This document shows, one piece after another, positions 45,606 through 61,420 of a stretch of 64,000 bases of DNA. Below the pieces are notes generated by a model that saw nothing but the letters and a program-made list of their open reading frames with translations, was not told where the DNA came from and did no database searches. Source of the stretch: the human T2T-CHM13v2.0 reference genome, Homo sapiens; assembly GCF_009914755.1 (NCBI RefSeq), contig NC_060947.1, one strand, 5' to 3'. The translations under genes and the position numbers were made by a program. The stretch's first letter is position 1, and each line of letters begins with the position of its first letter.

Positions 45606-47744
45606 GATAAACCTTTTATAACACTATGAATATGTAACTATTTCTTCTTTTTTTTTTCAGAAGATTTAGTGCTACCTTTAGGAAAATGTGAGTCACTACT
45701 ATTCATGAGTTACATATAAAGGAATATTTTAAATGTTTTGCAATGTCAAGAATAATAAAACAAAAAGCAGACAAAACTCCTAAGCTTCCATTAACTGTAA
45801 TGTTTCTTTCTGAGAGAGCAAAGAGCTTCTGGATTGACATGGTTATGGTAGACCTGAGAAAGTTGTACTATAATGAAGAGGGATATTAATTAATGAATGT
45901 CGTAATTTTCTCAAACAAGTGGCAGTGTAATTGCTTTAGTAGCACTCGTTGAATTAGATCTGCATCATTGTCTTTAGGATGATAAACACTTTAAAGTATT
46001 ACTGAATTAAAATGTTTTATGAACATATAAAAATGTATGTTTTATATAACTTTATGTATTACCTTATTCTGTTTTTTCTGTAGGTGGAAGTATATCATAT
46101 ACACTTCTGTACCTTTTATTTTTCACTTGATTACAATTTTGAGATGCTTCCAGATCAGAACATGTAGATTCACCTTATTTTCAACGCTGTGTAGTATTTC
46201 CAGTATGGATTCAACCATTGCTATCAATATAAATTTATTTTTTTTCTGATTTTTTCAGTCTTATAATCAGTTATGTTGTAATTAATAACATATATATGTT
46301 TTTTGCATTTTACTGCTAGTATATCTATACAATAGAATCTTGGAAATAAAACTGCTGTACTAAAGGGAAAAAAGTATTACTGAATCATATAAAACCATTT
46401 GATTAACATCTCTATCGGGTCATTAGAATGGTCAGGCTCCTTTACATGAAATAAATTTCTTAAAATTAGTGTACTGTAAAATCAAGTTCTCAACGGACTA
46501 AAATAAGCAAGTAGTTCACTTCAGAAAATACATGCAAATACATAGAAAAATTTTCTACACAAAAATGTCTCTGAAATCTAGAGGGTCATTTAGGTTATGT
46601 CAAGTTAACATAAGGATATATTTCTGAGTAATAGGAGCTAGCATTCTTATGTGAGGGATCAGAAAATGCTAACTTTGGAATAGACTTTGTATTGTTATTA
46701 AAATATTATTTTACAATTAAAGAAGCTGATTATCTGTCATATTGGATTAAAACCAAATAAAAAATAAAAAAGAAACTGAGACACAGAAAGCATAAATGAC
46801 TTGCTCATGTTGACAGTGCTCATCATCCTCCTGTTTCTCAGGTCAATGAACTTTCCATTGCACTGCCTGGTTTTCTTATCCCTAAGCAGTTTATAAACAG
46901 TGTCACTGCATCGAGTTGTTTAGGTTGTTAACTGAACAAAGATACCAGGCTAAAGAGGCAAATAGGGACAAAAATTCAGCCTACACACTACTTGCCAAGC
47001 TATGTGCTCATGGGATGTACCTATCTTTTTAGTTCACTAAATTTCTCCCAGGGCTAGCCAAGTCCTTGTTTACAAGTTCTAGGAGAACTTCTGTTTTTCC
47101 CCCTGAATACATAAGAAGCAGTGGGTTTCGGCTGCTCCTATTCTCCTATAAAAAGCAGTAATTTTTAAGGAGTATGTACTATGGCTGTAGTGGGAGAATG
47201 AAGATCCACAGTTTCACTTTCATATTGTGGATTATAAGAGCTAAGGATTATGCCTAGTCTCTTACACATTGGAGGGTGACTTTTTCCATGTCTCCATATG
47301 AAATATATAGCAGAGCTTAAAGAGTAGGTGTGTGTCTTCTCTGAGCTTGTGAGTCTGTATTACTCTCTGATGATGAAGTAACTGAGACATTAACAAGCAT
47401 ATCAAAAGAAAATCAAGATCAATCTGAAATGGCATCAGTATAAAAGTTTTCAATTTCCATCTAATTCCTGTTTCAAGTTTTTAGAGAATACCTTCTGTAA
47501 ATTACCTGAGTGTTTATAAATTAGTAAGTAAAATACTGACGTGGATGTTTCTAGAAAGACAGCTAAAACACCATTTCAAAATGCCATGCCTTAATTTTGT
47601 AGCTCATTAAAGCTAAATAAGGCTACTAATGCGTATTTTATAAATCGCAAAAGTCACAGTAGTTTTCAGGTGCAATAAGATGAGACTCCATAAAATTCGC
47701 TGTATCTTTATAATCAACAGCAACAGCAGCAGCATCATTATCTC

Positions 47745-48970
<1,226 letters not shown>

Positions 48971-49159
48971 CAGTATTGTACCTATAAATAGACCACTTGC
49001 TTCATAAAAGAGCAACAGTGTTTTGCAATTACTTCTCATAGTAAATTCAAACTTCCCAGTCTGCTTTTCAATGTTCCTTTTCAATTAACTTTCCCCATCT
49101 GGCAGTGCTTACTTGCAAAGAAGAGAAGCAGAGATTAAAAATAACATGTAGACAGAGTC

Positions 49160-49345
49160 TTCCAAGTGCCAGGCCGTGTGCTAGATACATTTACCTACAG
49201 AATCTAATTTAAACCTCACCATAATCTTCCTGAAAGATGCATTATTGTCGCTGCTTTTACAGATGAGAAAACTGAGTTTGAGATGGTAAGTGATTTATGT
49301 GAAATCTAGAATGTAAACCCAAGTACAAATCATATCTCATGGTCT
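49160..49345 (-). mobile_element. MIR SINE
   Basis: Core ttttacagatgagaaaactgag; gtgccaggc...tgtgcta. Confidence 0.8.
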
Positions 49346-49489
49346 TTTTTCCTGCATTGCAGGCAAACTAGGCTGCTTGCCTTACCTTATACACCCATGA
49401 CTCATATAGGAGCATTTCCCCCTTCTTATCAGAAACACTGAAGAGTTTAGGGATGAAGCATTACCATGTATGAAACCTATTTTCCAATG

Positions 49490-50050
49490 AGTTAGCAAAA
49501 ATGTAAAAAAAAGAATATATAAAGGGAGAGCAGACAAATGTGAAACATTAATAATTATTGAATATAAATTAAGGGTATATCACTGTTTATTGTACTATTC
49601 CTCCAATTCTTTTCTGCAGGGTTGAAATATTTTAAAATTAAATGTAAGAAACAAAAAAGAAGAGATGCATAATTATATTCATTCTATGCAATAGATAGGT
49701 TTTGTTTAGTTCCAGATGAAAACAAAAAGAATAAAGAAGTCAGCTTTTAAATAACTGGGGAATTTGAATATTAATGGGCTAGTAGAAGATATTCACAAAA
49801 TATTATTTTGTTAAGCATAATAAGGCTGCGGAAAAGAGAAATTTTACCTCAGTGATACATATTGAAATATTCACAGGTGAAATAAAATGTCTTGGATTGG
49901 CTTCTAAATAGAGTAGTGTAGGGGTGAGGAGATTAAATTAAATTGGCCATTTGTTGATTAATTTTTAAGCAAGGAGATGAGTACCTGAAGGTTCATTACA
50001 TTAATCATTTTGTTTTTTGTATGTTGGAAATTTTTCATAATAAAAATTTA
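49490..50050 (+). mobile_element. Old L1MC/ME 3'-end fragments
   Basis: ctgtttattgtactattc...gttgaaatatttt and gggttcattac-like...tttttcataataaaa termini. Confidence 0.5.
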
Positions 50051-50629
50051 GAAAAAATTCATTTACCCTGAGCCTCAAATAATTCGAATGACCCACATAA
50101 CATCTCCATTTTAGAGTCCTTTTTAAAATTGCCAACAGTGTAAAGCTAACAGGCACAATTTCCAAATTGTGTTTGGCAATATGCTGAAAATGTCAGTGTA
50201 CTAGTAGTGATGTTTTTTCAAGGTAAGGTGCTATATAAATTGAATTTGCTGCTGTTAAAAAAGACTAGAAGTACTTATGTTCACTCATCTGAAGAATATA
50301 GAAAAAAATCAACTTTTGAAAAATGAAAAAAAGAAGAAATAAGGCAAGGCATCCAAGTTTTTCAGCAATTAGACTGAAGATCAGAAATTCTTATGTGCCT
50401 AGGCACATGATATTTTGTAATGATAAAAGTAGTGAGATATTTCTTGTTATAAAGATTATATTGATTTTAGCAGAAACATAGTTATCAGTACAAAGATAAA
50501 ATTTACCAACTTTATTTGCATAAAGTTTCATATTATTTTAATTGATAAATTTGGATCAAGTCAATGAGAATACTGGAATATATTAGCATTAACTATTCTC
50601 AATTGCAGTGAGTTGTATTTAGTGAGGCT

Positions 50630-50708
50630 ACATTTTGTTCAGGGTTCTCCACAGAAACAGAACCAATAGGACAAATATAGATAGAACAAATATAGATAGA
50701 TGATAGAT

Positions 50709-50744
<36 letters not shown>

Positions 50745-51241
50745 CATAGATAAAAGGTATATATAATGAGAATATACTCCCACAGTTATGGGAGCTGAAA
50801 AGTACCATGACATGCCACCCACAAGCTGGAGAAACAGGAAAGTCAGTGGTGTAATTTAGTCCCCAAAGCCTAAGAACTAGTGGAACCAATGGTGTAACTC
50901 TCAGTCTGAAGCCAAAGGCGTGAGAACCAGGTGAAGGGGGAAGCCAGTGTAAGTCCTGGAGTCTGAAGTCCCCTGAATCTGAAGCTCTGATATCTAAGGG
51001 TGAGAGAAGACGGATGACCGGGTTCCAGAAAAGAGAGAAAATTAACCCTTTCTTCATTGTTTTGTTCTATCTGGACTCTCAATGGATTGGATGATGCTTG
51101 CCCACACTTCTTTACTTACTCCACTGTTTCAAATGATAATCTCTTCCAGAAACATCCTCATGGACACATCCAGAAATGGTTTCATTGCTTACCTGGGTAT
51201 CCTTAACACAGTCGAGTTGACACATAAAGTTAACCATCACT
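50630..51241 (-). mobile_element. MLT2B-like ERVL solo LTR
   Basis: agggttctccacagaaacagaaccaatagg...gttgacacataaagttaaccatcac. Confidence 0.88.
50693..50752. repeat. Compound (TAGA)n tetranucleotide STR inside the MLT2B LTR
   Basis: (TAGA)2 TGA TAGA TGA (TAGA)8 TACA TAGA. Confidence 0.95.
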
Positions 51242-52679
51242 GGTTACCTCTCAGTTTAGATCCAAAGTTAACATAACTGACTGTGGGTTGATCTAAGCTT
51301 TGATTTTCGCAGTTTCATAAATAAAGTTATTTCACATAGCCAGGTGGACTGAAATATTGCCTAGTGTTTGCTCATAGGCTCAGAAATACCAGTATATATA
51401 CAGGACTCACTCACACATTCAGTTCTGCAATTCCAAGATTGCCTTGTTTCTTTGTGTCAAAAAGTTGGCATTTAAGTCCATTAGTTCCTTAAGAAACTGT
51501 AAAACTGAGAGGACAAATTCTTGATTATTTTAACATAGCCTGAGATTTGCAATACAAAGTCAGCCACAGAAAATTAAGCGTGATTCATATACTCATCAAA
51601 ACCTGAATCTTCACTAAAATTGTGGCAATTTAACAAATAGCTCTGCATTTTAAAAAAATCTTATTTTTTTTGTATTTGAAGCAGTTCTGCAAGAAAAAAT
51701 AAATTGTTTCTAGCTCCCATCTAGTTGATCAACCTGTCTAGGTTTAGTAAATTTCTACACTTTTTTTGTAGTAAGAAATAATATTTTTAAGTTCTTTGTA
51801 TTCTAATGTCTTCTTATATGAGTTAAAAAGTAAGATATTCTATGTTTTTAGAAATTTTCTCATATGAGGAATAAATTATGATGTTGTAAGTTACTGGAAA
51901 AGACTGACAAATTTGGGCTTTCTAATGCGCTGTTTTTTTTTCTGCCCAAAGTACTTCCTCAACTCTTCTTAATTTGTACTCAGCCTTCTGGTTTTAGCTT
52001 AATTATTAGCTCCTCAAAAAGTCCTCTACTCAGAGAGGCCACTCCCTCTCTGTACCATTATACTTAGCAAACTCTACGATAATTACCTATCTATGTCTCT
52101 ATATTCCCTCCTGGACTGTGAAGTCATTGAGGATGGATTCTATTTCTTATTTTTTCCTTATTCTCTTGCATATAACTTTAAGCTTAAAAAAATAGCAAGC
52201 GTTCAATACATTTTAAGAAGGTAACACTTTTTAAAACCAATGGATTGACAATGAGTTTCAGCCATCATAGCAGATAAATTAAAATGATATTTCTGAATAA
52301 GAAGAAGCATGTTTTAGTGCTCTTCAAAATATGCTATTTGAGTGAGTACTTTGTCTGTAATTAATGTCAGTCCTGATTACTTTTACATCACTGTTAGCAA
52401 AATATTTGTTATTCTACCTATGTCACCATGGTGACTGGCAACACTGATATGTTACCATGTTTACTGGTGATACCATAATTTTTTCTCAGAAGAATACTCT
52501 CTTTACAGTTGATTATAAGATGCAAAACACATAGATGTTTCTACTATCCAGCTGAGAGGTAGTGTATAAATGACTATTCATATCTAAATATTAGGGCTTA
52601 GAGTTGGCCTTATGTTTTATACAATTTAAAAATTCCTTTAATGGCAAGACATAATGTACTGACTCTTGGATAGATGAAA

Positions 52680-52981
52680 GGCAGAATTGGGATAGGGTAA
52701 GAGCAAGCTACAGTTAGAGAAGGCAGTTCACATATGGCAAGCTGGTTGACGTTAGCTGTTTTGCAGGCTCCCTATGGATTGACTAATTTGAATAATTCCA
52801 TGGGCTTCAGGGCATAGGGGCTGTCCATAGTTGTCTGGTACTTGGCTCTGAAATAATCAGAGAGGGTGCATAGTGGCCAGGAGTATGAGAGTTCACTAAG
52901 GGCAGTACTTGAGGTTTGGACTTCATGAGCATCTCAGAAAAAGGACAACTCTAGCCAGGGCCTCAAAACTGGGTCGAGACA
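52680..52981 (-). mobile_element. ERVL-class LTR (MER54/MER74-like)
   Basis: gactaatttgaataattcc...ggcataggggctgtcc...gttgtctggtac; terminal CA at 52980-52981; left boundary uncertain. Confidence 0.55.
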
Positions 52982-53224
52982 ATATTTTAAAAAACCAATA
53001 TTATGCATTAGATCAATGACTTATATAGAATTTAAGTTGATTACATAGCACATAATCTGTATTAATGAATGGGAAGTAATTATATGAAAAGTAATGATAA
53101 TTGGCTATAACAAATTACATACTAAAGGCTACCTTTTGATGACAGAATTTTCCTTTAAAGTCTTTCAGTTACTTTTCATCCACCTACTTTGCAATCATTC
53201 CTTCTTAAGCTTTTCCCCTGAAGC

Positions 53225-53428
53225 CTTATTGAGTTATAATTGATAAATTAAAACTATACCTATTTAAGATATACAACTTGATGTTTTATACACATTTACA
53301 TTGTGAAATGATTACCACAATCAAGTTAGTTAACCTACCTACCATCTCACGTAGTTATGTTTTCTTGGTGTTGAGAATATTTAACATCTACAATCTTAGC
53401 AAATTTCAAGTATATAATACAGTTTTTA
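53225..53428 (-). mobile_element. L1MA8/9-like 3' end
   Basis: acattgtgaaatgattaccacaatcaag...cttagcaaatttcaagtat. Confidence 0.8.
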
Positions 53429-53589
53429 CTCATCTTTATTTTTGTCTGAAAGCTTTCTTTTACTCAAATATTAAACCAAGTCGTAACTTATATCCCTATG
53501 CATTTTAATCCCCTCCTTTTGCTTCTGGGAGTCAGCTTCCCCTCAGTCCCACCATCTTTATTCTTATAATATTTTATTATTGGTTTAGG

Positions 53590-53755
53590 AAAGTGTCCTT
53601 TCAAACTTAGTATAAGAGTGGCTTAGAGGAACTTATTAAAATTGCAGATTCCTGTGCCATACTCCCAGATATTTTGATTCTACAAGTCTGTGGAAATTCT
53701 CAGGCATCTGCATTGCTAAAGGGTTACTAACTTTTTCCAGACTTACTAATGTTAA
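53590..53755. mobile_element. MER5-like hAT MITE
   Basis: cttattaaaattgcagattcctg...cagatattttgattc...caggcatctgcatt. Confidence 0.55.
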
Positions 53756-53812
53756 AGAGACACAAACTGACATCTATCATCATTATTAGTTAATGAAAGA
53801 AAGGGCATTTTA

Positions 53813-54136
<324 letters not shown>

Positions 54137-55502
54137 TTAAGGAAGTAAACAAAGGAAATTTCACTAACTTGAATATATCTAACTAATGAAAAACTTGCCA
54201 CATTATATTCCAAAATGATGAAAATATCTGCCTTCTAACAGCAGTCTCAGAAGATTATAATGCAGATGGTCTGTTTTAGGTCTTGTCTTTTGCCATCTGA
54301 TGCCAGAACACCACATCAAGCAAATCATTTAGTCTATACTTACATATCACTGTGGTCAGAAAACGTTTTTTTCTGTAGTAGCCAACCACCTTTCAAGGAG
54401 TTATCTGTCAGAAGAGGGCTTGGGCTGAGATCAGAAGCCTAGGTATATTTGAGGTCAAATAAAAGTGAGACGTGTGAGTACAATAAGGCCAAGGGATATG
54501 CCCTTTAACAGACTGGAAAAGACAGTTGTTAATTGAAAGTTCCAATAAGTAAGGGCCAACTTTGGGAAGAAAGGACAAAGAGCACATATGCACCATCACT
54601 AAATGGACAAATCCACATTGCTATCTCATGGGTAGTAAGCTGACAGAAATTTAAGCAGCAAATAATCACAGGAGATATGGGCAGATAGTAAGAAAGGATA
54701 CTCTGGTAAGATCTGGTTGATACTGGTGACACAGTAATGGGGATACAAAAGATCAGGAGCAGAAATCTAAATAGAATGACAACATGGTATGAGCCTGAGA
54801 AAATGAGATGCCAATCTCAGGGAAGGTCCAGCATCATGACTGATACTACTGACCTGTTAAGCAACTATCTCATATTTTATAGGACTAGTCACAGATTTTT
54901 CGAGGAGACAAAATTTTCAGACTGGTTCAGTTAAGGTTACCCCAGCTTAGAAGATTTGAGTACTACAGAAACAAGGTACCAAACAGGTGTTTACAGTTGC
55001 ATTCAATATATTCCAAACTGTCGCACATATTCATTCAGTTGGTCAAATTGAATAATTAAACCTTTACTGATTGAAAATCAGTGCATTAGAAGATGTATAC
55101 AGAATAACATATTTTAGTAGAAGTATCAAATGTTCGATAGTAATTACAGTGCAAGGCATAGGGGCAAAAACTCTAAGAGAGTTACATATAAAATTGCATT
55201 GTAATCCAAATGAAAGATTTAAAACAGTAAACCATACTGTCATACTCTAGTAGATGATATACATGATCTGATTAGGACTAAATGTACTGATATGAACAAC
55301 TAACTGAGAAGCTTCAGAAACAAGAGGATTCATGGATGGACAGAGGAAAGAATAGATGGATTGTATGCTGTAAGTTAAATATAATTAAAGGTTAATTGTA
55401 GAATCTAAGAGGTAGGTGTATGGGTGTTCACTGTACAATTTTTTTCTATTTTGAACATTTTCATAGTAAAAAGTTAGTAAATTGACATATAGGTGTTGTT
55501 AG

Positions 55503-57156
<1,654 letters not shown>

Positions 57157-57479
57157 GAAAAACATCTAGAATATTTGGGTAATGTAGGAGAGTAGGCTAA
57201 AGAGTAGTTGAAAATGAGATCACATCATGTAGGGTTTTGATTCTTTAATTATTTTTTAGATATTAGGAATTAAAATAATTAGTTCGTTGGCAATAGCTGA
57301 CTAATATACTCAATCCTGTTACCTTTTTCTCACTTTATTTATATGACCATGCCTCACATTTTTCCTGAAAAAAAGATAAACGTTAGTATAGTTTAGTAGC
57401 TCATCATTATCATTCCTGTCTAACTGTATCTTCAGAATCTATTCCCATGCCTCATCTTGATAGGACAAATGAAAAAAAA

Positions 57480-57783
57480 ATAACCATAGCAGAGCACTTT
57501 GACAATTGGAACCATGGAGAAGAACCTGCCTCCTGAGAGCTATAGTCCTGAAGAAATGCAGCCAGTACTATTAAATGTGGCACTGAAGTAGGGAAGGGAT
57601 GAAAAAGAAGTATTCATACTTACTTCTCTACCTGTCTTCCTAATAGCTGCTGCTTCCAAGTGGTCAAACCTAATCAGATGTTATTCAGTAAGACAGCTCA
57701 ATTAAGGGAAACCTCCCAGAGCACATAACACAAGAGAGAAGAACTGAAAATGCATGGGGTGTGCAGATAGAGAACAACCTGCA
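57480..57783 (-). mobile_element. Very old MaLR LTR fragment (MLT1K/L/N-like)
   Basis: ctgctgcttccaagtggtcaaacctaatcag...acctcccagagcaca...gagaacaacctgca. Confidence 0.4.
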
Positions 57784-58129
57784 TGTTACTACTTTCCTTC
57801 TCCTTTTAGAGAAAGAAGCGTTCCTTTCTCCTTTCTTTTGCCCTGATGAACAAATTTAGTTCTGTCCTTAAATCCACAAGCTCCTATCTGCTTCAGGATC
57901 TTAGACCATCAATTATTTTTAAGGTTTTAATTGAACGATTAATACGTTATTTATCCTGGTTTCAAAGAACACCCAGATTACTCTCCCCAAAGAAAAAAAA
58001 AGTATTATCAGTATTCTGTATGTCCTTCCGAACCTTTAACCTCTTCTTTTTCTATATCTTTATACTTTATTTTTATACTTAAACACAAATACACACACAC
58101 ACATGTGCAAACACAAATCCATAATAACA

Positions 58130-58358
58130 TACAAAATTTAGTAGCATTTCTATATGCCAATAGTGAACAATCTGGAAAAAAAATTAAAAATTAATTCCAT
58201 TTACAATAGCCACAAATAAAATTAAATACCTAGGAATTAACTTAACTAAAGAAGTGAAAGATCTCTACAATGAAAACTATTAAACACTGATGAAATAATT
58301 TAAAAGGACCTAAAGAAATGGAAATTCATTTTATGTTCATGGAATGGAAGAATTATTA
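58130..58358 (+). mobile_element. L1MA ORF2 fragment
   Basis: gtagcatttctatatgccaa...aaatacctaggaattaacttaac...gaagtgaaagatctctac. Confidence 0.8.
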
Positions 58359-59105
58359 AGCAGGCACCCATCCCCAAAGGATGTGGGGTATTTAGACATT
58401 ACCAGGGACTTATTAGCGTCTGTCCCTTCAGTGAACCAATGGACAGGGGAAAGTTTAGAGGTCATCTGAGCTGGTCATGTAAAAACAAGTATAAATCTCA
58501 GGGAATATCCACAAGAGAGCCTGTCTCTTCTCTTCCAGGCAAATAAAGCAAGAGCCACAGGTGCACAAATAACAAACAGTGAGTGTGTGTTTAAGGCAGA
58601 GAAGGAAGTCGTGTGGCATGCAAAGTGAAAGCAAAGAAAAGCAGACTTGCTCCTGAGGTGTACAGTCTGGTGGGTGCACAAGGCCATTTCAGAATACACA
58701 CAGAGAAAACAGGAGAGGAGATTGTGAAGGGTTTTGGAAAAGAGCCAATTTTAGATGAAAAAGCAGAGGAAGCCCCAGACATTGCACAGCTTTAGGCTTT
58801 AGCGCTACCACTATCATGAGCCTTCCTATCCAGGAGGGCCATTAGTGTCTCAGGTCTACATGGTGCAGACTCCAAGGTTCTTCCCACCCCTGCAAACCAC
58901 CCATCAGGGTCAGCTGAGAGATCAGCTGGGAAAACCAGAGTCACTATGGCTGAAATCAATAGTTCTGGGGGTTTGTTAGTAAGTAGAGCAGTGAAAGAGG
59001 AGGAGAAAACTGTGTATGGGGGGTTGAACACTTCCAGTGAACAAGGTGAGGTGTAGAGGTATCTTACCATTAGGGAATGTATCCCAGTCACAAGGCACCA
59101 AAGTA
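58359..59105 (-). mobile_element. ERV1 (MER50-like) 5' internal/leader region with tRNA-His-type PBS at 59081-59100
   Basis: Minus-strand tggtgccttgtgactgggat next to the LTR vs His PBS TGGTGCCGTGACTCGGAT. Confidence 0.65.
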
Positions 59106-59799
59106 TGTTAGCAGCAGCGAATTTCTATGGATCTGCAGCAACTCGATTCTTGCCTCCTCGAAGGAAATAATTCACATGAGGGGCATAAGGCAGAGTGAGA
59201 GACCGAGGCAAGTTTTGAGCAGGAGTGAGAGTTGATTAAAAAGTTTTAGAGAACAAAAGGGAAGTACACTTGGAAGAGGGCCAAGCAAGCAACTTGAAAT
59301 ATCTAAGTGCTCTGTTCAGCCTGTGACCTGGGGTTTTATACATTGGTGTGGTTTGGAGTTTGCATTTCCCCTCCCTCGATTTTTCCTTGGGGTGGGCTCT
59401 CTGCATGTGCGGTGGCCTGCCAGCACTTGAGAGGAGTCGTATGCACAGCGTGTTTGCTGAAGTTGTGTGCGTGCTCATTTTAGGTGTTTTTTTTCTTACC
59501 AGTTAAGTGTTCCTAGAGGAAGGTCATATATCAGTCAGACTCCACCATTTTCCCTCTTAGCGTGCATGCCTGAGCCTATTTTCCCAACTCCCGAGATCTT
59601 ATCAGGAAGCTGTTGATCACCAGCTTCAGATGTTTTTTATCTATTCGGAAACTGCCTTTCCCTGGCATCAACTATGACCAATTCTTATTTTAGAGAGACA
59701 GTTTAAAAACCATGACTATCACCTGGTGGTCACCTGACATTTCTGGTGGGGGGTGGTGCCCTCTCCTGCTCTGCTCATGGCTGCCTCGTTACTCTAAAA
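59106..59799 (-). mobile_element. MER50-like ERV1 5' LTR
   Basis: tgttagcagcagcgaat...attcttgcctcctc...gaggggcataaggcagag...gtacacttggaagagggccaagc. Confidence 0.8.
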
Positions 59800-59859
59800 A
59801 TATCAATTAATCTAAAACACTGTGTTCATTTCTAAGAATATGCTATCACAAGAATAATA

Positions 59860-60515
59860 AAAGAGGGAAAAACTAATCTACTAGTTTCTGGATGAACATA
59901 CGGAAACATATAAACTCATAAAACTACAATGGCGCCACATACATATGTCTAATGGTATAGAATGAAAATGTAACTGGCTAAGAGTGCTATAGAACAATTT
60001 GTGTCCAATAAATGACTAACCTGACATAGAGGTGACCCCTCAGTAGCCAGACTAAAAGATCAAAACTAGAAGAAAAAAAAAAAACGGATTCAGGACAAAG
60101 GAGGTTACATATTGCAGGAAAAATATTTGCGCAATCAATTCTGCAAAATCATTAAAGAAATAAATGAAAAACCAACCAACAAGCAACAACACCACGACAA
60201 CAGTAACCCCTTAATGTTATAAGTTTTCAGCTTGCTACAATATATTATCTAAATTGTCTCTTTTTGAACAAAAATTTGGAGACAGGCTGAGACTGAAAAG
60301 TGTGATACATACCAATGGAGAGGGGGGAAGCAGGCAAAAGAAACTGTCTGCAAAAGGGGCCAGGTATCAGATTTTTAAAATGCTTTAAAGTAGCCATTAT
60401 AAATATGTTATAAGAACTAAAGGAAATAATGCTTAAAGAAGTAAAGGAAGGTATGAAAACAATGTCTTATCAAATACAGGATATTGTTAAAGAGGTAGAA
60501 ATAAAAATAATCAAT
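59860..60515 (+). mobile_element. Old L1M 5'/ORF1 fragment
   Basis: ctttaaagtagccattataaatatgtt...agaactaaaggaaa typical of an L1M ORF1 start. Confidence 0.55.
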
Positions 60516-60524
60516 AAAAAATAT

Positions 60525-60958
60525 TTTTTATTTTATTGTAAATTGACACTTTATAATTGTATATATTTATGGGATAGAACATGAGGTAATGATTTATGAA
60601 TACAATGCAAAAAAACTAAATCAAGCTAATTAACATGTCTATCACCTCAAATTCTTCTGCTTGTGATAAGAACATTTGGGATTTACTCTTGACACTTTTG
60701 AAATGTATAGTATACAATTGGTAATGATACTAATTGTGTTGTGCAATAGATCTCAAAAAAAATTGTTACTCCTTACTGAGGTTTTGTACAGTTTGATCAA
60801 CATTTTTCCATTTTTCCACTCCCCACCCTCTGTAACCACTTTTGTACTTTCTATGCTGTAGGTATGAGATCAATTATTTTAGATTCCAAATATAAATGAG
60901 AATATGTGGTAATTGTCTTTTTGTCCCTGGCTTACTCCACTTAGTATAATGTTTTTCA
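60525..60958 (-). mobile_element. L1MA5/6-like 3' end
   Basis: aatcaagctaattaacatgtctatcacctca...gtgcaatagatctc...tagattccaaatataaatgag. Confidence 0.8.
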
Positions 60959-60961
60959 CTT

Positions 60962-61420
60962 TGATAAAACAAAAAATTAAGCCGAGTTAAATTTAAAGGA
61001 GTTTAATTGAGCAATGAGCGATTAGTGAATAGAGCAGCTCCCAGAATCACAGCAGGTTCACAGAGACTCCAGTGCAGCCACGTGTTGGAAAAAGATTTAT
61101 AGACAAAGAAAGGAAAATGACACACAGAAATTAGTAGTGAGGTACAGAACAGCAGGATTGGTTACACGTTGGTGTTTGCCTTACTTGAACACAGTTTAAA
61201 CATTCAACAGGGTATGAATGGTGAAAGTACCACTGCTGGGATTGGCCAAGACTCAGCTATTGTTACAGGTACATACTCCTAAGTTAGGCTTTCAATCTTG
61301 TCTACCTATTAAGTTAGGTTGCAGTTTGTCCACAAGGACCTAATATAGAAGTATGGAGTCCTTCTCAGGCCATATTTAGTTTCCTTTAACAATTTCCCCC
61401 TTTTGGTCATTTTCTCAATT
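60962..61420 (-). mobile_element. MER57A-like ERV1 3' LTR (60962-61391) plus polypurine tract
   Basis: Minus strand tgttaaaggaaactaaatatggcctgagaaggactcc; preceded by PPT aaaagggggaaat. Confidence 0.85.

Noticed and set aside
50115-50228. Possible exon with strong AAG|gtaagg donor; also cagtgtaaagctaac resembling tRNA-Lys
   Set aside because: All three frames closed and acceptor modest; the tRNA similarity does not extend.
52418-52476. 14-bp palindrome gtcaccatggtgac in a degenerate 29-bp tandem pair
   Set aside because: Small local duplication with no other support.
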